Source: a virus (lineage: Duplodnaviria; Caudoviricetes). From it: a DNA stretch of 61,246 bases. Below, one piece after another: positions 9,554 to 16,235 of the stretch. The translations under genes were made by a program, and so were the position numbers. Numbering within the stretch: position 1 is the stretch's first letter; every line of letters begins with the position of its first letter. The stretch spans positions 1 through 61,246 of the IMG/VR virus record IMGVR_UViG_3300044251_000017. One strand, written 5' to 3'. Below the pieces are notes generated by a model, which was not told the origin of the DNA, ran no database searches, and saw nothing but the letters and a program-made list of their open reading frames with translations.

Positions 9554-9794
9554 CGCGCGCCACCTTGTCCCAACCGGACCACCGAGTGACCTGTCGAAAC
9601 AGCTGGACATCCGCAGGTACTTCGCCTGCGTCGATCATGTGCCGTACGCGTCGCCAGAGGCCCGCCTCGACATCAATCCGGGGCTCGCCGTCGAACGTCC
9701 AGCCCGCCGAGAGATAGTCACCATTGGCATCATGCAAGGCGTACGTCGACATGCTGTCGATGGCGGCGATTCCCGATTCATCGCGCGTGTTCAT
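9540..9794 (-). CDS. Hypothetical protein
   Basis: Overlaps neighbouring genes in operon. Confidence 0.6.
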   Translation of the reverse strand: MNTRDESGIAAIDSMSTYALHDANGDYLSAGWTFDGEPRIDVEAGLWRRVRHMIDAGEVPADVQLFRQVTRWSGWDKVARDVDS

Positions 9795-10009
9795 CGGCGT
9801 GCGTCCTTGCCGTGCCGGACCATCACCGAGAAGGCGAGGCTACGGAACTCCTCGGGCGTCATGTCATCGATCATGTTCTCGATCGAGTGATACGACAGGG
9901 TCTCGCCCTGTCGACGGAGAATGTAGGTCGTGCCCAACGATCGAGCACGACGAAGACAACCGACACCAGCCACAGCGAGGATGGCGGCGGTAATCAGAGA
10001 TTCGATCAT
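9791..10009 (-). CDS. Hypothetical membrane protein
   Basis: N-terminal hydrophobic segment. Confidence 0.55.
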   Translation of the reverse strand: MIESLITAAILAVAGVGCLRRARSLGTTYILRRQGETLSYHSIENMIDDMTPEEFRSLAFSVMVRHGKDARR

Positions 10010-10012
10010 GGC

Positions 10013-10540
10013 CTAGCCTTCCTTGGCCGAGATCTCGATGAGGTCGGCCTCGGACTGCGAGAGCAGGCCCGTGAGCGCGGCGATGCCGATTCGGTCTACC
10101 TGCTTGGCTGCCGCCACCGCCTGCGCGCCCATGCGCGGGATGGCGGCGAACAGGTCCGGGCGGACCGACAGCTCGGCGGGCTGACCGTCACGCACGCGCC
10201 GAGGTGCGCCCTGGTCGTCCGGCAGGCTGTCGATGATCACAAGGCGACTGCCCTTGATCGGGAGCATCTCGGGCTGCCTGGTCAGGATCTCGCCGAGGAC
10301 ACCCTCGCCGTAGATGACGTGGCAGAACCAGGTGATGCCGTCGTCGTCCAGCGCGGCAATCTGCTCACCGAGCGGGGGGATACCGGCGGGTGTCTCGGCG
10401 AGACATTCCTCGGCGTCGGTGGTCAGCTTCCACAAGGCGTCCTCGTGGTTCGCGAAGTGCCAGACGCCTCGGCCGTCCGCGATGTCCTCGGCTACTGGCC
10501 TGGCGAGCTCGGTGAGGCCGATCGTGATAATGGGCAGCAA
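10013..10540 (-). CDS. Hypothetical protein
   Basis: TTG start with GAGGAG RBS downstream of a box promoter. Confidence 0.65.
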   Translation of the reverse strand: MLPIITIGLTELARPVAEDIADGRGVWHFANHEDALWKLTTDAEECLAETPAGIPPLGEQIAALDDDGITWFCHVIYGEGVLGEILTRQPEMLPIKGSRLVIIDSLPDDQGAPRRVRDGQPAELSVRPDLFAAIPRMGAQAVAAAKQVDRIGIAALTGLLSQSEADLIEISAKEG

Positions 10541-10577
10541 AGCGTCTCCTCGACAGGCGATCGGATAGAATCATCCC

Positions 10578-10606
10578 ATCTTACCCCCCGTTCCGGGGGG
10601 ACACAA
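10578..10606 (-). promoter_or_regulatory. Promoter TTGTGT-17-TAAGAT with box
   Basis: TTGTGT ccccccggaacgggggg TAAGAT. Confidence 0.8.
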
Positions 10607-10623
10607 GGGAGGGAACACTCGCG

Positions 10624-10923
10624 ATGAGCAAGCCCGGACAGCGATTCAGCACGGTCCGCGCCGAGGCAGGCAGCCCCCTGGCGCAGATCAAGGACAAGCT
10701 CACCGAGGTGGAAGCCCTCGTGCACGAGGTGCTCGATCCCAACGACCCTGCGGTGGGCTCGGCATTGCAGCACCTTGACCTCACGCTGCACGTTCTCGGC
10801 GGAATTCCGGCCGCGCACGAGGTGCCGCACGGCGAGTCCGTGGAGGTGCCCAAGCAGGCGAGTCGGGGGCGCAGGAAGGCGGACGGACCGAACGAGCCCG
10901 AGTCGGAACCCAAGGGCGAGTAG
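10624..10923 (+). CDS. Hypothetical protein
   Basis: GGGAGG RBS; followed by terminator. Confidence 0.65.
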   Translation: MSKPGQRFSTVRAEAGSPLAQIKDKLTEVEALVHEVLDPNDPAVGSALQHLDLTLHVLGGIPAAHEVPHGESVEVPKQASRGRRKADGPNEPESEPKGE

Positions 10924-10955
10924 TCTCGGCGTCCCCCGAGCAAGGCTCGCGCGAG

Positions 10956-10991
10956 GAAAGGCCCGTACCCCAGGGAGGTACGGGCCTTTCC
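10956..10991. terminator. Bidirectional intrinsic terminator
   Basis: GGAAAGGCCCGTACC...GGTACGGGCCTTTCC between convergent genes. Confidence 0.8.
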
Positions 10992-11003
10992 GTTGTCCGG
11001 GAT

Positions 11004-11096
11004 CTACTGCGTGTGGGACAGCGCGTAGAAGACGATGGCGGCGAAAGTGACGCCGGCGACGATCTGCAACCAGTACTCCCGAACGAGGTTCTTCAC
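11004..11096 (-). CDS. 30-aa single-TM peptide (not in ORF track)
   Basis: VKNLVREYWLQIVAGVTFAAIVFYALSHTQ; GGAAGG RBS; own promoter and terminator. Confidence 0.65.
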   Translation of the reverse strand: MKNLVREYWLQIVAGVTFAAIVFYALSHTQ

Positions 11097-11132
11097 GATG
11101 ATGCCTTCCGTTGGCGTGAGGTGATGAGGGAG

Positions 11133-11194
11133 AATCTATCCCCCCGATACGGGGGTGTCAACCACTTGCATCCCCCCAATTCGGGGGGTATGAT
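11133..11194. promoter_or_regulatory. Back-to-back divergent promoters, each with a box in the spacer
   Basis: Minus: TTGACA-17-TAGATT; plus: TTGCAT ccccccaattcgggggg TATGAT. Confidence 0.85.
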
Positions 11195-11200
11195 TCTGGT

Positions 11201-11422
11201 ATGACCAAGACGAGCGCCACCGCCACCCAGTCCCTCCGCAGCGAGGTCATCCGCGAGCTCGAAGGCCGCCTTCTCGATGGCCGCACGCTGGCCCGCCTCG
11301 AAGCGTCCACCAGCGGCACTCACCAGGAGATCAACGCCGTGCTCAACGACCTCGTAGAGGAAGGCCTCGTCTGCGTGGATGTTCACCGATTCGAGGGTGT
11401 CCGCTACTTCGCCACCCGCTGA
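11201..11422 (+). CDS. Small winged-helix-like DNA-binding protein (leaderless)
   Basis: RTLARLEAST...EINAVLNDLVEEGLV...VRYF pattern. Confidence 0.6.
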   Translation: MTKTSATATQSLRSEVIRELEGRLLDGRTLARLEASTSGTHQEINAVLNDLVEEGLVCVDVHRFEGVRYFATR

Positions 11423-11435
11423 CCTCCCGCACAGA

Positions 11436-11467
11436 GAAAGGCCCCTCGCGCCAACGAGGGGCCTTTC
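11436..11467. terminator. Bidirectional intrinsic terminator
   Basis: GAAAGGCCCCTCG...CGAGGGGCCTTTC. Confidence 0.8.
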
Positions 11468-11505
11468 CGTTTGTCCAACCAGCATTCAAACTTCGCCTGC
11501 GCAGC

Positions 11506-12309
11506 CTATCCCCCCGGGGTAGTCGGTGGCGCATCCGCCACACAGACCCGGATGTCCTGCGGAGGCGTGTCGCCGCTCTTGGCGTCCGTCACGTGGAAGC
11601 CCGGTTCGCAGGTCGGGCCCGGATCGCCCTTGTCGCCCTTCTGGCCTGCCTGCCCAGTGGCCCCCGTCTGGCCGGTGTCGCCCTTGAGGCCTCGGCACGG
11701 CTCGGACGGACCCGCGCAGTAGCCCGCGACCTGTTCGGCGATCTCGGACGCGCTAGCGCCATCGCCCTTAGGGCCCACGCATCGGTCGTTCGCGCAGACC
11801 GCGTTGACCGCGGCGAGGATCGAGTCCTGCGAGGGTGCCGCGCCCGGCTTGCCATCGGCCGGCCGATTCGCGTTGTAGACCTGCGTGATCAGCCCGAGCA
11901 CCTGGTCCGAGGTCACCACCTTGCCGGCGATCTGCGCTTGCACGATGGCCACCACGTCATCGCGCGCGAGCCCCTGCGCGACCGCGGGCACCGGCTGACC
12001 GTCGACTGCGTTCTTGGCCTTGTCGACCTTGTCACCGCACGCGCCGAGCGTCCGCAGGTCGTTGCCGATCTGGTCGGTGCGCTTGCACAGCACGTCGAGC
12101 GTGAGCACGGCCGGGGCGGTGTCCGAGACGACGGCGTTCTTCTGTGTCTCGCTGGCCTGGCCGGTCAGGGTGGCGGCGACGATGATCCCGGCGACCACGA
12201 TCATGGCGAGCACTACCATGACGATCAGGATGGACGTGCTCGGGCCGCGGTTCGCCGGCGGCCGGGGCGGCGTCTCGGTGGGTAGCGCGTCCACAGCGTG
12301 TGTGCTCAT
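11506..12309 (-). CDS. Membrane protein with collagen-like repeats (lysis-associated type)
   Basis: N-terminal TM; G-X-Y repeats; paired Cys. Confidence 0.7.
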   Translation of the reverse strand: MSTHAVDALPTETPPRPPANRGPSTSILIVMVVLAMIVVAGIIVAATLTGQASETQKNAVVSDTAPAVLTLDVLCKRTDQIGNDLRTLGACGDKVDKAKNAVDGQPVPAVAQGLARDDVVAIVQAQIAGKVVTSDQVLGLITQVYNANRPADGKPGAAPSQDSILAAVNAVCANDRCVGPKGDGASASEIAEQVAGYCAGPSEPCRGLKGDTGQTGATGQAGQKGDKGDPGPTCEPGFHVTDAKSGDTPPQDIRVCVADAPPTTPGG

Positions 12310-12638
12310 TTCGAATCGCCCTTGGTGAGCTTGGTGACGAGATCGAGGAGGCCCTCTAGCTCGCGGTTGTCGGATGCTTTCGCCTTACCGCGCAGGTACT
12401 CGGCGGTAGCTTCGAGCGGCAGTGGTGGCCAGTCCGGGTCCATGTCCCAGCCACGTTGCGCAGCGAGTGTGCTCACACGGTACCGCCACCGGAACAATGC
12501 GACGTTGGTGTCTTGCGCCTCACGTAGCTCGGTGACCTCACGGTCCTTGCGCTTGGCGCGCAGCGCGATGACTCCGATGATGAACCCTGCGACGGATAGC
12601 GCAAACCCGCCGAGGCCACCGAGTGCGACGATGTTCAC
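12306..12638 (-). CDS. Membrane protein (holin/antiholin-like)
   Basis: One TM plus coiled coil. Confidence 0.55.
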   Translation of the reverse strand: MNIVALGGLGGFALSVAGFIIGVIALRAKRKDREVTELREAQDTNVALFRWRYRVSTLAAQRGWDMDPDWPPLPLEATAEYLRGKAKASDNRELEGLLDLVTKLTKGDSK

Positions 12639-13039
12639 TCGGGCCCCTTTCTCCCTACGTCCTTGCTGTAGCTCGCAGCAAGAACCACGTGCAGCGCTGC
12701 GAGCGCGAGTGTGACAACCGGTAGTAGGTGTGTACCACCCGACGACCAGGCGCCCACCTCAAGCGCGAACGCGTAGGCGAGCCAAGAAGCCGCGCCGAGC
12801 ATGTGTGCAAGATGCACGCCGCGGTTGAGCCGGATCGTGACCGCGAGCGCCAGGCCTGCGACCCCGAACCAAGTGATCCAGACCGGCCCGAGCTGCGAAA
12901 GGGCGAGCACGACCTTGGTGGTCTGCGCCCTCTGCGGGTAGATCAATCTCGGGTTGATGTGGAGTAGGGCGACCGCCAGGTGGGTGATCGTGAGCACCAC
13001 GGACACCTGCGATCGCCAGGGAATCCGCGTATGGATCAT
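12635..13039 (-). CDS. 4-TM membrane protein (holin-like)
   Basis: Four hydrophobic segments; ATGA overlaps. Confidence 0.55.
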   Translation of the reverse strand: MIHTRIPWRSQVSVVLTITHLAVALLHINPRLIYPQRAQTTKVVLALSQLGPVWITWFGVAGLALAVTIRLNRGVHLAHMLGAASWLAYAFALEVGAWSSGGTHLLPVVTLALAALHVVLAASYSKDVGRKGPE

Positions 13040-13398
13040 GCTTTCGCCTTGGCCTTCTTGGTCTCCCAGTCGGCGACCGCCGCGCACGCCTCGGCCTTGC
13101 TCCCGGCGTTGACGTTCTGTTTTCCGGGGAAGTTCGTGTCTCCGGTGGCGCACATCTTCTTGACCACGTTGACCGCGGTAGCGATCGCCCGGGACTCGGT
13201 CATGCCCTTGGCCTCAAGGTGCTTCTTGATCCGCTTGATGAACTTGGGCAGCCCGCCAGCCTTGCTCACCCAGTTGAACTGTCCCTCGGGCAAGTCAGGC
13301 CAGCCGTCGGCGCGCGCTTCCTCTATGAAGGTGAGGACGAACGCGTCAACAGCCGCCGCGAGTGCGAGGTCTAGCGGCTGGTCGTCTCCGAGAAAGGG
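13036..13398 (-). CDS. Head-associated domain, probably expressed as a -1 frameshift extension of the protease
   Basis: NWVSKAGGLPKFIKRI...AIATAVN domain; no good own start; slippery C CCT TTC at 13398-13392. Confidence 0.6.
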   Translation of the reverse strand, partial: PFLGDDQPLDLALAAAVDAFVLTFIEEARADGWPDLPEGQFNWVSKAGGLPKFIKRIKKHLEAKGMTESRAIATAVNVVKKMCATGDTNFPGKQNVNAGSKAEACAAVADWETKKAKAKA

Positions 13399-15680
13399 GG
13401 CACCACCCCGAGCGCATCGAGCGCGTCCATGCGCCCCATCTCCAGCGCGAGCGAGCGATGGGCGGCGTCGAGCTGTGCGTCCGCCTCGTCCGCCGGCTTG
13501 CGCGCCCAATCGCCGAGCAGGTCCAAGACCAGGGCAGCCACTTTGCGGGCGAGCAGGTCCAAGTCCGTGCCGTCCGGCGAGAACGCCTCGGCGGGCCGTA
13601 CACCACCCGCAGCCACAAGCGCGGTCATCTCGCCCGAAGCGACGCGCGCACGCGTGACCGGGTAGCCCGGCGTGTTGACGGCGAGGCAGGCCACCATCTC
13701 AAGGCCGCCACGCATCGGGCGCCAGTCACCGGACGGCGTGCTCGCGAGCAGTGTCCGGATCTGTCCGTGGGACAGTTCGGGACGGACGAGGCCGTGCACC
13801 CAGATGCCGTGCGCATCCTCGCCGGCAGCCACGTCCGCGGCGGCGAGCGTGACGTTGTCGTAGTGCTTGACCGTCTCGGCGGCCGTGAGTGCGAGCGGCG
13901 CGTGGCCGAGCTCGTCCGCGGACCGACTCATCGTGATGTGGCCGACGGCGGCCGTGCGGACCTGGTCGCCGTCCATGACCCGCATGGCGCCAGTGTTGAA
14001 GTAGGCGTAGTCGCTGCCGGACCGCGGGGGCGGCGTGCACTTGTTGCCGATGCTGATGTGGCACGTCTTCCACGTGGCGATGTGCCCGAAGATCTCGCGG
14101 GTCTTCTCGTTGTAGGTCAGCGGGGTCGGCCCGGTCAGCGCCGGGTCCGTGAAGTACTCCAGTGGTGGTATGTCGGCCGGGCCCGAGGAAGTCACGGCCT
14201 TGGCCGGACCGTTACCTTTCTGCCACGCGGCCGGGATCTTGCTTTCCAGCTTGAGCTTCTTGGCCGCTGCGATGATCTTGGCCTTGGCCTTCTCGGCATC
14301 CGGCCCCTTGAGCGAGCTCGCCCCGGCGATCGCCTTGGCCAGGGTCTTGGCGTCCGTGATCGGCAGCCCGGCGGCCACGCCCTTGGTGAACGGCGGCGCC
14401 CCGGCGAACTCGGCGGCCTCGCACGGCAGGCAGTCATCCCCGAGCTCGGCGGCCCGGAAAGAACTCGCCGTCACGGCCTCGATGCCGCGGGCCTTGAGGA
14501 ACTTGACCAGGTTTTCGATGGTGCGCTCGGACTCGGGCACGATGGCGCCCATCTCGTCCACCATGACCGGCGTGTCGCCGTTGATCTCCACGTAGGCGTC
14601 CGGGAAGGCCGGGATGGCGCACAGCGTGGTGGCAGCGATGACGCCCTTGGTCACCGAGGTCTGGTGGTCCTCGCTGCCGTCCTCGTTGAACAGGATGTCA
14701 TCGGTGTAGTCCACCTCGGACAGGTCGATGCTGTTGCCCGAGAGGTAGCCCTTGAGCGCGAGCTTGCCGCCCTCGGACTCGGGGTCCGCCGTGCCGCGGC
14801 CCTGCCACACGAACGTGCCCTCTGGCATCGCCTCGCCGGTGACTTTCGAGATGAACTCGGGGCCGGGGATCTTCCAAGCCTCATCGAGCTTGCCCATGAC
14901 CTTGGCCTTGGCGTGGCCGCCGTCGCTGCCGGGGTTCTCGGTCTGCGCCAGGACGCTGATCGGCAAGGCGCGCGTGGTCAGCGAGCCGGGCTCGATGAAC
15001 CGGCCGTCTGCGGTCTTGAGGCCCTCGACGGCGAGGCAGGGGAAGAACAGCGACAGTTCGCCGTCCACCTCCTTGATCACCGGTTCGGTCTCGGTCGATG
15101 CGGTCATTTCCATCACTCCGTTCCCTGCGTATCGGCGGTCCGGTACGCCTGCGTCCTCGCCGCGCCACCCGGTCAGCGGAAAGTCGATGTTCTTGCCGCC
15201 GAGCGCCAGGCGGATCGTGGAGAACCGCACCGTGCCCTTGGCCTTGGGCAGCGTGGTTTCCGGCAGCGAGTAGCCGGCGCAGATGTGCGGCGCCCACGGC
15301 GAGAACTGGTCGGGGAACCGGCCCGAGCCGAGCACTTCGCGAGCCACGTCCATCGCGTAGTGGTGCACACCCACCATTGGGTCCGCGGGTGTGAGGGTCG
15401 TGTTGGTGCTCGGCTTGTGCGTGCCGTCCGGGCCGCCGTCGCGGTTCCAGATGGCCGGACCCATGATCTGCGCCTCGATGGGCCCGTTGTCCGCGGCGAT
15501 CTGCATCACGCGCTCGGTGAGCAGCTCCACGGTCGCCTCATCGAGATCCGTCACGTCCTTGCCGAGAAATACGAGGGTGCAGTGGATCTCACCGGCCGGG
15601 TCGCCGCCGGGCACGGTGAACATCCCGGGAGTGTCCGGGATGAGGGCGATCATGCCGCCCGTCTGTCCGTCGTCGGCCAT
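13371..15680 (-). CDS. Capsid maturation protease with N-terminal 2H phosphoesterase-like domain
   Basis: HCTL and PHIC 2H motifs; TADGR...GGH...GNSID...IPAF protease domain; GHIATW..CH, SGDWR, VNTPGYP C-terminal region. Confidence 0.8.
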   Translation of the reverse strand: MADDGQTGGMIALIPDTPGMFTVPGGDPAGEIHCTLVFLGKDVTDLDEATVELLTERVMQIAADNGPIEAQIMGPAIWNRDGGPDGTHKPSTNTTLTPADPMVGVHHYAMDVAREVLGSGRFPDQFSPWAPHICAGYSLPETTLPKAKGTVRFSTIRLALGGKNIDFPLTGWRGEDAGVPDRRYAGNGVMEMTASTETEPVIKEVDGELSLFFPCLAVEGLKTADGRFIEPGSLTTRALPISVLAQTENPGSDGGHAKAKVMGKLDEAWKIPGPEFISKVTGEAMPEGTFVWQGRGTADPESEGGKLALKGYLSGNSIDLSEVDYTDDILFNEDGSEDHQTSVTKGVIAATTLCAIPAFPDAYVEINGDTPVMVDEMGAIVPESERTIENLVKFLKARGIEAVTASSFRAAELGDDCLPCEAAEFAGAPPFTKGVAAGLPITDAKTLAKAIAGASSLKGPDAEKAKAKIIAAAKKLKLESKIPAAWQKGNGPAKAVTSSGPADIPPLEYFTDPALTGPTPLTYNEKTREIFGHIATWKTCHISIGNKCTPPPRSGSDYAYFNTGAMRVMDGDQVRTAAVGHITMSRSADELGHAPLALTAAETVKHYDNVTLAAADVAAGEDAHGIWVHGLVRPELSHGQIRTLLASTPSGDWRPMRGGLEMVACLAVNTPGYPVTRARVASGEMTALVAAGGVRPAEAFSPDGTDLDLLARKVAALVLDLLGDWARKPADEADAQLDAAHRSLALEMGRMDALDALGVVPPFSETTSR

Positions 15681-16003
15681 TAGGCGTCCTCCCACTTTCC
15701 GTTACGCACGAAGCCGTGCCGTCCACAGCTGCACAGGATCGAGGGCTCGACGTGCAACGGGTCAAGTGAGTGGACCTGCCAGCCGGGAGCACCGGGTCCG
15801 CCGGGGAGTGCCATGAAGGTCACGGTTCCCGCGCACGGCTCGCCCTCGGGGATGTGGTTGCCGCCGGATGCCGGGTGCACGTGGAAGAACCCCGCGGGAT
15901 CGACATCGCCGTGCTTGAACAGCCGAGCCCAGTGGCCGCCCCCGAGGTCGATGGCCCCGGCGTCCTTGTTGGCGAGATCGAGCAGGTAGTCAGTCTCGGC
16001 CAT
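15680..16003 (-). CDS. DUF6527-like Cys/His protein
   Basis: W....DPLHVEPSILCSCGRHGFVRNGKW. Confidence 0.6.
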   Translation of the reverse strand: MAETDYLLDLANKDAGAIDLGGGHWARLFKHGDVDPAGFFHVHPASGGNHIPEGEPCAGTVTFMALPGGPGAPGWQVHSLDPLHVEPSILCSCGRHGFVRNGKWEDA

Positions 16004-16235
16004 CGAGCGCCTCCGGGTTGACCTGCTGGTAGCGCGCGACGGACGCGTTGGCGTGCATCGCGGCGAGGTCCAGCGCGTCGAGGCTCTTGGTCTTGGCGTC
16101 ACCCTCGATGAGCAGGGCGTTGATCCACTTGGCGAGTTCGTGGACGTGCGTGCGGATCTGCTCGTGCGCGGCGACGATGTCCGCGCTGGACGGCGGGTGG
16201 TACGCGAATCGCTCGGCGAGTTCGGCGCTGTTCAT
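15990..16235 (-). CDS. Acb2/Tad1-like helical-hairpin protein
   Basis: RFAYHPP...HEQIR...KSLDALDLAAMHANASVAR. Confidence 0.6.
   Translation of the reverse strand: MNSAELAERFAYHPPSSADIVAAHEQIRTHVHELAKWINALLIEGDAKTKSLDALDLAAMHANASVARYQQVNPEALDGRD

Noticed and set aside
11600-11860. G-X-Y repeats as a novel repeat element
   Set aside because: Ordinary collagen-like coding repeats in a membrane protein
13362-15683. 773-aa plus-strand ORF, and similar long ORFs at 49074-50783 and 52680-55256
   Set aside because: Antisense shadows of real minus-strand genes in high-GC DNA; Arg/Gly-rich with no motifs
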